Positions 55,249 to 64,000 of a stretch of DNA of 64,000 nucleotides are shown here, one piece after another. The position numbers and the translations under genes were made by a program. The stretch comes from a virus. The stretch covers positions 32,001-96,000 of the IMG/VR virus record IMGVR_UViG_3300043788_000040. One strand, 5' to 3'. Position 1 is the stretch's first letter, and every line of letters starts with the position of its first letter. Under the pieces are notes generated by a model. It made no database searches. It was given only the letters and a program-made list of their open reading frames with translations, and had not been told where the DNA came from.

Positions 55249-55935
55249 ATGGCAATCGTAAACGGCAATAAGATCACAAGCATCATGGTATCAGCCGCCA
55301 ACGGCGATACTTATGGCGACGCTGAGCGCAAGCTTTTCCGTGGCATCCAGTCGCTCGTCATGCCCAACGTCATTAGCATGGCGCTGAACACACCCCCAGT
55401 CTCGCCGACCTTCGGTCAGACCTACGTGGTCGCCTCTTCCCCCTCCGGCGCGTGGGCTGGACAGGCGAACAGCATCACGGCGTGGGCTATTGACCCCCAA
55501 GACGGCACTGTCACCTCCGGCGCATGGGAATTCTATGCACCGCAGACTGGCTGGCGTGTTTACGACCAGAACACCAATGCTTTCTACACATGGAGCGGTT
55601 CGGCATGGGTTCTGGACAAGTCGGCTCCCAAGCTGGCTGTCACAGCAACCGCGACGACCACTCTCAGCCCTGCCTCCAATAGCAGCTTCCGTGTCAACCT
55701 GAACAACAACGCCACTGTCACCCTCAACATTAACAACGGCGCGTTTGACGGTCAGGAAATCACGATTCTGTACGTTCAAGGCGGCACAACCGGATCAACG
55801 GTCACCGCGGCAGCCAACGTTCACGGCTTCACGACCCCGTCTGCTGGACTCAATACCGTGTCCGCACAGCGGTTTACGTGGGATGTCACGAACACCACCT
55901 GGTACGCCCTGGCTGTTGGCACCACAGGCATGTAA
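55249..55935 (+). CDS. DUF2793-like virion protein
   Basis: TPPVSPTFGQTYVVASSPSGAWAGQAN..WEFYAPQTGWRVYD. Confidence 0.75.
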   Translation: MAIVNGNKITSIMVSAANGDTYGDAERKLFRGIQSLVMPNVISMALNTPPVSPTFGQTYVVASSPSGAWAGQANSITAWAIDPQDGTVTSGAWEFYAPQTGWRVYDQNTNAFYTWSGSAWVLDKSAPKLAVTATATTTLSPASNSSFRVNLNNNATVTLNINNGAFDGQEITILYVQGGTTGSTVTAAANVHGFTTPSAGLNTVSAQRFTWDVTNTTWYALAVGTTGM

Positions 55936-55962
55936 GCCTGAACGCCACGCTCAAAATACTGG

Positions 55963-55993
55963 AAAGGCGGCACTTACAAAGTGCCGCCTTTTC
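55963..55993 (+). terminator. Rho-independent terminator
   Basis: AAAGGCGGCACTT-ACA-AAGTGCCGCCTTT. Confidence 0.85.
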
Positions 55994-56029
55994 TTGTCTT
56001 TGGCGAGCCTTTAGTAGGGGAATGACGCC

Positions 56030-59000
56030 TTGATCACTACGCTCGACACGCTTAGCTGGAGTCCTGAGCTTGTAACAGGCAACGCTGAATTCATCGAACT
56101 TTCGCAGCCCGGATTTGGTTCGGGCTTCTACGGCTTCGGTCCCTTCGGCGGCGGAACTGGCGCGAGCATCTTCGTCATCTCCAACGTTCGCAACAACAGC
56201 GCTGGATTCGGATTTGATTTCGGAGTAACTTTCGGCAGTCAGTTCAGCTTTGAAGTTCTGCAATCAGGTGCGACGCCTCCGGCTCCCGGACCCGGATCAA
56301 CATTTCAGACAGTCGCTTCCTACGTATTTCCACAACCGAACTACACATTTGACCCGGTGGCGGTCTACGCCCCTGCGATCTTCGTGGCTCCGCCAGGATT
56401 TGGTACTGGTACATTCGGCTCTGGACCATTCGGCGAGGTGATTCCCAACGCGAACCCAGCGATCCACATCGTTGGCACCCGCAACACGCCCACGGGTGCG
56501 ATCACATCAAGCAATCAGTATAGCGACGTAATCAAGTTCACGTACGATACGGTTGCGCAAACCCTGACTGGACCGATTGTATTGAGTTCCGGCACACGTA
56601 TTCGAGGAGCCTACGACATCGCGGTGCTCCCGAACGGGAACCAAGTTGTTGCCATGGCTCTTGCAGAACCCGCCATCCAAGGCTCCAACCAAGTCACTTT
56701 CGTCTCGGTTCAGAACAATATCGCAACGTTGACTTTTGCTGGCGACATAACCCCGTTCGTCCCCGGTCAGTGGGTGCTTCTTGACAACTTTGCCAACGCA
56801 GGATTTCTGAATGGGCAGCTAGTGCAGGTGATCTCCGCGAACAGCGGCTCGTTCTCCTTTGTCTTCCAGCTTCCGACCACGGGCTTCGGCATCAACTTCG
56901 GCAACATGTTCGGCAGCTACAGCCAGCCGGAAACTGCGACCCCATTCGCCTATGCCACGCCAGTGGGCGACTGCATCCTTGTCGTGGAGCTTGACGCAAA
57001 TAGCGCCGTCCCGCAGGGATTCGGCTACATTTTCGGCGAGAGCTTTGGCAGCAATGAGGTGGTGCTCGCTGCGACCATCATTGAAAGTTCCCCCGCCCGT
57101 AGCGGGAACTCCTTTGACGCCCTGTCGCTGGTAACTGACGGGAACAACATTGAACTTTACTATCAGACGCACCCGAAGGTGGTCACGTTCCAAGATCAAG
57201 TCTTCACGATCAAGCTAGCTACTGCCGTCCCCGCTGACTTCGGGTACGACTTCGGATTTTCATTTGGGTCCGGCCCGCTGGCTTGGAACCTGCCAGCGAC
57301 GGTGCTCACGACGTACACCGCAAGGTACTCGGACAACAGGCTCACGGTCATCGCCGACGCGGCTGGTAACCGCTATCTCAGCCAGACATACTGGAACCAG
57401 TTCAATCATCCATACGGCATTCTTGGCAATGCTCTTATCGGATACAAGCCATCCGCTGGACCTTGGTTCTTCCACTCAGCCATCGGTTCGTTCATGGGCG
57501 GTTCCATCATCCAGAGCACTCTTGCAATCGCCCAAGACGGCACGGTCAACCTCGTGTATCTGCTCCAGCCCTTTGACCAGATCACCAACCCTCCGTCTGC
57601 GACTGTGGCTGCGTGGCCCTTGCAGGTCGCCACGGTGACCACGAACCCCCCGACTCTTGATCTCACACAAGTGCCGGGCTTCTACAACGATGTCAACTTC
57701 ACGTGGCTGCGTGGAACCAAGTCTGCGATTGACGACGGATCAGTGTGGGCTATCGTGGGCGAACGAGAAATCCTAACGACCGTCTCGGGAGAACAACAGA
57801 CGATCCCGGCTCTCCCAGCGCAGACCGCCGTCCAAGTTACGAACCACGTCGGCTACTTTGAGAACATCGCGGTTAATTACGCCATATCTGGTATCCCCCT
57901 CATACAGGTTGCGACTGCTCCTGATGAGGGACAGTACACCGTTGAGCCGTCTACCGGGGAGTACTCGTTCAACAGAAATGATGCTGGCGCACGGATCATA
58001 ATCAGCTACAACTACGTCTCAAGCATCCAGCCAGTTTACGTGAGTCTGTTCAACGTCCCTCCGGTCGCCGTGCTCTCGCCCGAGGTCGTGACAGTGTATC
58101 GTGGCGGTACGTTCTACTCAACCGACACAGCAAACATCACGCAGATCAACCTCACCGGGGGCAGCGTCACCGTCATCGTCAACAACGATTTCAAAGTGGG
58201 GGATCAGGTAGCCATGTACGGCATCAGCGGTGCGGTTGGGCCGTTCGGTCAAGGCCCCTTCGGCGCTGGACTATTCAGCCCGGCGTTCAACGCCACTGCA
58301 TCATTCCTAAACGGCATCCTGCTGACTGTAGCCAGTGCGACGGCTACTCAGTTCACCGCTTTCTTCTCCCCGCAGCTTGCGGCGACAGTAGAGTTGCTGA
58401 GTGAGTTGGGCTTCGGCTTCAATTTCGGTAACAGCTTCAGCGAATTCAGCGAGCTAGTGTCGGGCACCGTTGCCGATCTCATACCTGGGGCGCTCACCCT
58501 TTCTGCTGCTGGGTCAACCGATGCGGACAACGATGCGTTGGAGTTCTTCTGGTCGGAAAACGATCCCGATCTCAAGGACGTTACGCTTACACCTAACGGC
58601 AGTCAAGCCACCCTCAACGTGGCGAGAAAAGTGGGACCAGCATCACGTAACTTCAACGTGGGCGTCTCGGTAGTTGACCTCAATCCAGACCTCATCACCC
58701 AGAGACATCCCGCTCTGTTGATCTCAAACGCCACGGTCACAGGAGCCGATAGCATAACGCTTACTTTTGCGCCTCCGGGCGGCGCAGGCTTTGGCGCTGC
58801 CTTCGGCGCACAGTTCGGCTTGCCCGTTCCTGCGGGAGCCGTTGTTCCCATCGCAGGCGATCAAGTCATGATGTACGACATGATGCTGACTGCACCGCAA
58901 CCTCCGACGTTGGGTCAGATACCGGGTGGTTCGCTGCCTCCGCAGCCCAACCTATCCGTAATCATCACGTATGTGAACAACGCAGGCGAAACGGTTGGAA

Positions 59001-62000
59001 GCAGCAATGCCATTCTCAGCGTGAGTGCAAACAACCTGCTGACTGTGAACTCGCCAGGCGGCAACGGGTCTGCGACAGCATACAACGTGTACGTCGGACA
59101 ACCCGGCAACGAGACGCTACAAACGTTGACACCGCAGCCCCTCGGCTCAACGTTCGTTGAGTCCACCGGGGGATTCATTTCGTCGTTCACGACACCGCCC
59201 GTGACGAGCACGGCTCTGGAAGTGGTGCTCAACGACGAAGTGCTTACGCTCACGAACGCCACCTCAAGCACAATGACTGCCCCGTTCACGACTGCCGGGA
59301 CGTTCGGTCTTGACTTCGGCTTCTCGTTCAACGGCAACTACACGGCGTCGCTCACAGGCTTTGCGATTAAAGAATTCCAGTGGGAAATTGCCAACATCTT
59401 CGTACCTCAAAACGTTGCACCCACCATCGTCTTCCCTGCCCCGTTGTGGAGGGCGAACGCACTGGGCGTCTCCGCAGTCACAGCGACCTCGGCATCGTCA
59501 AACGTACTCACGGTCATGTGTGCGAACGCTTTCGTCGTGGGCGAGATGGTTACCCTGAGTGGTACGGCCGAGATCGTCCTGAACGGACAGCTTCTCACGG
59601 TCACCTCGGCGAACTCAACTCAGTTCACTGCGAACTTCACCATCGCTGACTACACGAACAACGTTGACACGGGCACGGCGACGCTGAGACTCGCACGCAA
59701 CACGCAGATCACCATCACGCCGACGCCGAAAGCATCTGATCCAACCACCCAGTTCCCTGTCGTGTACACCGGAATCTACGACCCGGACGATTCGGTCAGC
59801 TACCTCTGGACGCAGACGGCAGGCACCCCCGTCACTCTCGTGGGGGGTAACAATAACTCGTCGCTCTCGTTCCTCACGAACGGAGTCAACATCAATGGCG
59901 AGACCCTGACGTTCAGCCTGACCGTGAACGACAGCGTCAACTCTCCGGTCACGGCGAGCTTCACCGTCAACGTCGCATCGTTCAACTTCGCAGGCACGAA
60001 GGACACGGAACAACTGTCACGTTCCACTTGGAGCCAGACGGCGAACATCACCAACGTGGCGATCACCTCGGGCGTGGTTACCGTCACAGCCAACAACAGC
60101 TTCCTCGTGGGGGAACCTGTCAGGCTTACGGGTCTTGTAAATGCGATATTCCTGAACGACACCGTGGGCTTCTACGTTACGTCAGCCAACGCGACCCAGT
60201 TCACATTCACGACCACGTTCCCGAACTACCCGTCCACATCAGACACAGGCATCGCCTATGCCAAGGTGCCGATCTCGCAGCGCAACTCGCCTCAGATTTG
60301 GTCGCCCATGGACATCTCCGTCCTCTTCAGCGACTTGATCAGCATCAAGCGTGTGTCTGTGATTGACGGCAGCGACCGCTACATCCTGATCTCGCCCTAC
60401 AGCGTCCTCGTGTACGGCGTGTTCCCATCCGCTACTCCAGTGGCGATCCTCCTGCGCAAGCTCCTGACGCCTAACCGCACGACTATCTTAGACGCCGTCC
60501 ACACCGAGCAGGACTACACGCTGGTGCTGGACAACCAAGGCAACATCTTCCGCTACACGACCGCCCCGTTGATTGACACGGACAACCCGGACACCACGCT
60601 GACTCTGTCAAGCATCACGTCGGTCAGCTTCACAGACGCCGATCTTGACAGCGACGTGAAGATCATGACGACGCCGAGCTTTGGTAACAAGCGCATAGTG
60701 GTGCTGTCGGGCGAGCAGGGTGCGGTGCTGATGCAACTCAATACCACGACGCTCGTGGTAGAAGGTGTGCTGGACTTCCTAACTTCCGACCACTTGATCT
60801 ACGGGTCAAACGCAATCCAGTTCGTGCGTTGGGTCAACATGGACAACCTGCACACCGGACGCGTGCTCCTTGGCTCCGTGGTGTACAACACTGCGAACGT
60901 CACCAATGTGTCCATCCTCAACAACGCCCTGACGTTCACTGGTTCCAACAGCTTCGTCGTCGGAGACAAGCTCGTGCTGTCGGGCTTCCAGAACGCAGCG
61001 TTCCTCAACGGTCTTACCGTCATCGTCATCAGCGCCACGTCCACATCGTTCACGGCGTCGTTCCAGTTCTCGGGAAGCTACGGCCCGTCTGGCGAAGCCT
61101 CAGCCGTCGCCGAGGCACAGTTCTCCGGCACTACCTACGAGACGCTTGTGGACTTGTCTCAAGGACAGATCGTCGGCACGTGGGACAAGAGCAAGCTCCG
61201 CAACCAGTTCGTCCAATCGGGAGAAATCCTGTTCACGCCGGACACGACGTACGGCGGCTCTCCGATTCCGCCAGTGCTGTTGCAGCCGACATCTGCCGTG
61301 CAGAATGGGAAGACCTTTGTCACCATTTCTTGGCAGCAGGAGCGCCCGGACCTCATCACTTCTTACATCGTGAGCTACGCCACCGAGACCTTGGTCAACA
61401 ACGTGGTACCGCTTGTGGCTCCGTACACGGTTCAGATTCCCATCGCGTTCACCTTCACGGCGGACGAAGGGGCAACGGACACGGCGTCGCCCATCACCAT
61501 CACTCAAGCGACGGTCACGGGAAACGTCCTTACCATCACCGGGAACAACAACTTCGCTATCGGACAGGGCGTAAGCTTCAGCAGTCTGACAGGTCTTCCA
61601 TCACTGATCGGTACGACCTTGCCTATCTCAACGCTGATCGGAGTAGGCCCGACGTACACCGGGTTCACCGCACCGTTCACACATGCCGACTACGGGCACT
61701 TGGCAAATGTGGCGAACGTGACGATTGTTTCAAACGTGCTTGAAATCCAGACAGCCGTGAACCACACGTTCCTGCCGGGCACGCAGGTCTCGTTCAACAC
61801 CGTTGTGGGTACGGCAAGCTTCCTCAACGGTCAGACTGTGACCATCGTGAGCGTGCCGACAGCCAACACGTTCCACGCCAGCTTCAACCACGTGGACTAC
61901 CCGACCACCGTGAACACAGGTAACATCGTGGATGCGGACACTGGCAGTGGCTTCGTGTTCGTGAACACGCCTCTCGTCGCCGTCACGGGCACCCCGCAGG

Positions 62001-62236
62001 CGGGGCAGTACACAGTCACCCCGACCGGGCTATACACGTTCAATGCGGCGCAAGCGGGGCACTCCGTAAGCCTCTCCATCCGCCAGTCCTTCAACGCGTT
62101 GCAGAACGTGGGAAGCGGCGCTACGCAGTCAATCACCGTGCAGATGGCTACCGGGCAGACGTACTTCTTTGAAGTGCAGGCCTTCGGTCTGGACGGAGCT
62201 TCCGGTGAATCCAACACCGTCTCAATTTCCATATAA
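56030..62236 (+). CDS. 2068-aa virion structural protein with repeated beta modules and FG motifs
   Basis: About 7 copies of N-x-F-x-VG..FLNG..V.SA.A..FT; PKD-like YLWTQTAGTPV; FnIII-like C-terminus; FGxxFGxxFG motifs. Confidence 0.8.
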   Translation: MITTLDTLSWSPELVTGNAEFIELSQPGFGSGFYGFGPFGGGTGASIFVISNVRNNSAGFGFDFGVTFGSQFSFEVLQSGATPPAPGPGSTFQTVASYVFPQPNYTFDPVAVYAPAIFVAPPGFGTGTFGSGPFGEVIPNANPAIHIVGTRNTPTGAITSSNQYSDVIKFTYDTVAQTLTGPIVLSSGTRIRGAYDIAVLPNGNQVVAMALAEPAIQGSNQVTFVSVQNNIATLTFAGDITPFVPGQWVLLDNFANAGFLNGQLVQVISANSGSFSFVFQLPTTGFGINFGNMFGSYSQPETATPFAYATPVGDCILVVELDANSAVPQGFGYIFGESFGSNEVVLAATIIESSPARSGNSFDALSLVTDGNNIELYYQTHPKVVTFQDQVFTIKLATAVPADFGYDFGFSFGSGPLAWNLPATVLTTYTARYSDNRLTVIADAAGNRYLSQTYWNQFNHPYGILGNALIGYKPSAGPWFFHSAIGSFMGGSIIQSTLAIAQDGTVNLVYLLQPFDQITNPPSATVAAWPLQVATVTTNPPTLDLTQVPGFYNDVNFTWLRGTKSAIDDGSVWAIVGEREILTTVSGEQQTIPALPAQTAVQVTNHVGYFENIAVNYAISGIPLIQVATAPDEGQYTVEPSTGEYSFNRNDAGARIIISYNYVSSIQPVYVSLFNVPPVAVLSPEVVTVYRGGTFYSTDTANITQINLTGGSVTVIVNNDFKVGDQVAMYGISGAVGPFGQGPFGAGLFSPAFNATASFLNGILLTVASATATQFTAFFSPQLAATVELLSELGFGFNFGNSFSEFSELVSGTVADLIPGALTLSAAGSTDADNDALEFFWSENDPDLKDVTLTPNGSQATLNVARKVGPASRNFNVGVSVVDLNPDLITQRHPALLISNATVTGADSITLTFAPPGGAGFGAAFGAQFGLPVPAGAVVPIAGDQVMMYDMMLTAPQPPTLGQIPGGSLPPQPNLSVIITYVNNAGETVGSSNAILSVSANNLLTVNSPGGNGSATAYNVYVGQPGNETLQTLTPQPLGSTFVESTGGFISSFTTPPVTSTALEVVLNDEVLTLTNATSSTMTAPFTTAGTFGLDFGFSFNGNYTASLTGFAIKEFQWEIANIFVPQNVAPTIVFPAPLWRANALGVSAVTATSASSNVLTVMCANAFVVGEMVTLSGTAEIVLNGQLLTVTSANSTQFTANFTIADYTNNVDTGTATLRLARNTQITITPTPKASDPTTQFPVVYTGIYDPDDSVSYLWTQTAGTPVTLVGGNNNSSLSFLTNGVNINGETLTFSLTVNDSVNSPVTASFTVNVASFNFAGTKDTEQLSRSTWSQTANITNVAITSGVVTVTANNSFLVGEPVRLTGLVNAIFLNDTVGFYVTSANATQFTFTTTFPNYPSTSDTGIAYAKVPISQRNSPQIWSPMDISVLFSDLISIKRVSVIDGSDRYILISPYSVLVYGVFPSATPVAILLRKLLTPNRTTILDAVHTEQDYTLVLDNQGNIFRYTTAPLIDTDNPDTTLTLSSITSVSFTDADLDSDVKIMTTPSFGNKRIVVLSGEQGAVLMQLNTTTLVVEGVLDFLTSDHLIYGSNAIQFVRWVNMDNLHTGRVLLGSVVYNTANVTNVSILNNALTFTGSNSFVVGDKLVLSGFQNAAFLNGLTVIVISATSTSFTASFQFSGSYGPSGEASAVAEAQFSGTTYETLVDLSQGQIVGTWDKSKLRNQFVQSGEILFTPDTTYGGSPIPPVLLQPTSAVQNGKTFVTISWQQERPDLITSYIVSYATETLVNNVVPLVAPYTVQIPIAFTFTADEGATDTASPITITQATVTGNVLTITGNNNFAIGQGVSFSSLTGLPSLIGTTLPISTLIGVGPTYTGFTAPFTHADYGHLANVANVTIVSNVLEIQTAVNHTFLPGTQVSFNTVVGTASFLNGQTVTIVSVPTANTFHASFNHVDYPTTVNTGNIVDADTGSGFVFVNTPLVAVTGTPQAGQYTVTPTGLYTFNAAQAGHSVSLSIRQSFNALQNVGSGATQSITVQMATGQTYFFEVQAFGLDGASGESNTVSISI

Positions 62237-62251
62237 TGGGTATTGTCCCTC

Positions 62252-63286
62252 ATGGGGACTGCTGCCCTTATGCTGGTTAACAAGAAAGACCTGCTCCTAC
62301 CTCTCAAAGCTCTTGAAGCCTTTGACTACAAGGGTGCGCCTTACGTCGGCGTCCAACTCGTGGACGGGCACAAGCCGATGTTCCTCCGCTCCAACAACGA
62401 CGGCATCATCCGATCCAAAGAGTACGGTGTGTTCCCCACGACCTACGTCTCCCTCGGTCACCTGAAGAACGTCCTCAAGAACTGCCCCGAGGACAGCATT
62501 GAACTCAGCGTCAACGAACGTGGGATCATGCGCATGTACGGTACGAGCGAGGTCGGCTCAAACACCGAGACCAATGTCCACACGGTGAGCGAGAAGCAGG
62601 CGGGCACCAAGATTCACGACATCGGGGTCAACATGGTGTCGCTTGACACCCAGACATTCGTTGGGTTTAACATTGACAAGTTCACGTTGGTGTCTGAGCC
62701 TGTGCTCGCACACGGTAAGCTCATGCTTGCGACCAACAAGGGTGCAGTCGTGATGTGGAAGAACGAACTTTTCAGTAGCCAACCCGTGAACCTCAGCCCG
62801 AGGGAATCTTTTCTCCGTATGGTCTGCGGACAGGAGGTAAGCGAACTCTCGCTCACCAAGAACGGCTACTGGGGCGCTGGGATCGGCGATCTCGTGACCT
62901 ACACGAAGGGGCACATTCTCGGACGCCAGCTTTTTGACAGCTACAACCAGCCGGGCACTGGGGCAGCACAGATTCCTGCCGAGCGTTTACTGACCTGCCT
63001 GCGTGCGGCCGTGGGGCTGCTGGATGAACAGGAAGTAATTGAGGTTGACCCCAAGCTGGGCGTCATCGCCAAGGGCACGTTCGGCGAGAACCGAAACTCC
63101 CTCGGAGAGACTGGGGATTGGAAACGCTTCAGCCTGCAAGCCAAGACTGCCAAGGTCGTCATTGACGCCCTATCGCAAACAGCCGGAGATTATGCTACAC
63201 TGGAACTCACGTCAACCGGATCGGGACCGTCCTCCACGATGAGGCTAGTTCGTGGCGAGGTGGCGGTGAATTTCAGGAGCTTCTGA
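62252..63286 (+). CDS. Hypothetical protein (possible sliding-clamp-like)
   Basis: ~345 aa alpha/beta; GTATT-N7-ATG start; function is a guess. Confidence 0.5.
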   Translation: MGTAALMLVNKKDLLLPLKALEAFDYKGAPYVGVQLVDGHKPMFLRSNNDGIIRSKEYGVFPTTYVSLGHLKNVLKNCPEDSIELSVNERGIMRMYGTSEVGSNTETNVHTVSEKQAGTKIHDIGVNMVSLDTQTFVGFNIDKFTLVSEPVLAHGKLMLATNKGAVVMWKNELFSSQPVNLSPRESFLRMVCGQEVSELSLTKNGYWGAGIGDLVTYTKGHILGRQLFDSYNQPGTGAAQIPAERLLTCLRAAVGLLDEQEVIEVDPKLGVIAKGTFGENRNSLGETGDWKRFSLQAKTAKVVIDALSQTAGDYATLELTSTGSGPSSTMRLVRGEVAVNFRSF

Positions 63287-63471
63287 TGGCAAAATTCAAG
63301 TACCACACCAACAAAGGATTCACAGCAGCCACCTACAACGACATTGATCCAGAAAACGTGGACACTGTCGGCGAAGGCAACAACGCAGTCGTCGTACTCT
63401 CGGATGACGACGGCGTGAAAGCCGTCATCCACCTCGCTCCTGGCGACTACATTGAAAGGATCAACGACTAA
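63286..63471 (+). CDS. Hypothetical protein
   Basis: AGGAG RBS; TGATG coupling. Confidence 0.6.
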   Translation: MAKFKYHTNKGFTAATYNDIDPENVDTVGEGNNAVVVLSDDDGVKAVIHLAPGDYIERIND

Positions 63472-63797
63472 TGCAAGTCACAGACGAAACGTTCCAGCAG
63501 GAAGTCCTCGCTTCAGAAACCCCGGTGCTTGTGGATTTCTACGCCGATTGGTGCGGTCCATGCCGTGCGGCCGCTCCTGTCATTGAAGCCCTCGCCGAGG
63601 AGTACGCGGGCAAGATCAAGGTGGTCAAGGTGGACGTGGACACCAGCAGCAAGAACGCTGTGGAACACGGCGTGCGTGGCATCCCCAACTTCATTGTTTT
63701 CAAGGGCGGGCAGCGTGTGGCGCAGTTCATCGGTTGGGGTGAGAATCGTGCCGAAGAGATTCGTGCAGCATTGGAAACTGCTCTGGCATCTAATTAG
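63471..63797 (+). CDS. trxA: Thioredoxin
   Basis: VLVDFYADWCGPC..GVRGIP. Confidence 0.95.
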   Translation: MQVTDETFQQEVLASETPVLVDFYADWCGPCRAAAPVIEALAEEYAGKIKVVKVDVDTSSKNAVEHGVRGIPNFIVFKGGQRVAQFIGWGENRAEEIRAALETALASN

Positions 63798-63866
63798 CAG
63801 AAGATTTTTGTAAAAATTACGCCGTCCGGGCGGTTATATACAGTAGAGCCAAAAGGAGGCTCTCGC

Positions 63867-64000
63867 ATGTTGACATTTCTCGCAAGTTTACTTGCCCTCG
63901 GCACCATCGGGTTCTGGCTTTTGGTGCTCGTTGACTTCATCGTGATCACCGCCTTGGTTGAGAACGAGGAAGGCGTTTGGGCCACCGTCGTAGCCATCGG
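63867..64000 (+). CDS. Membrane protein, N-terminal part (runs off the window)
   Basis: AGGAGG RBS; hydrophobic stretches. Confidence 0.6.
   Translation, partial: MLTFLASLLALGTIGFWLLVLVDFIVITALVENEEGVWATVVAI

Noticed and set aside
1-64000. Stop-codon reassignment suggested by the phage release factor
   Set aside because: Long genes are intact under the standard code, TAA, TAG and TGA all end tightly packed genes, and no suppressor tRNA is present.
1-64000. CRISPR array, integrase, transposase or inteins
   Set aside because: No regularly spaced repeats and no recombinase, transposase or intein motifs seen.

Overview
A 64-kb, almost entirely + strand segment of a large (jumbo-type) dsDNA bacteriophage using the standard genetic code. 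It carries replication and recombination genes (family A DNA polymerase, 5'-3' exonuclease, DnaQ-like exonuclease, DinG-like helicase, RecA-, RuvC-, SbcC- and SbcD-like proteins, HU) and virion genes (portal, fibre-like proteins, one with a DUF3494 ice-binding-like domain, and a 2068-aa FG-motif protein). It also has three tRNA clusters sorted by amino acid: Gly/Ala/Val/Glu, Tyr/Leu and Pro/Met/Phe. The main result is an apparent translation-sensing system. (1) The Tyr/Leu and Pro/Met/Phe clusters each follow a sigma70-type promoter, a 24-codon leader ORF and alternative antiterminator/terminator hairpins, and each leader contains codons read by the downstream tRNAs. These look like ribosome-mediated attenuators controlling phage tRNA operons. 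(2) A minimal RF1-type release factor is split by a prfB-style +1 frameshift site that uses UAG (GGAGG-GGT-CTT-TAG). (3) The tRNA operons are interleaved with anticodon-less tRNA mimics, a YrlA-like Y RNA, other structured RNAs, segments antisense to tRNA 3' ends, an RNA ligase and a catalytic-core-only GlyRS-like gene. All calls come from reading motifs and base-pairing by eye; no database search was run.
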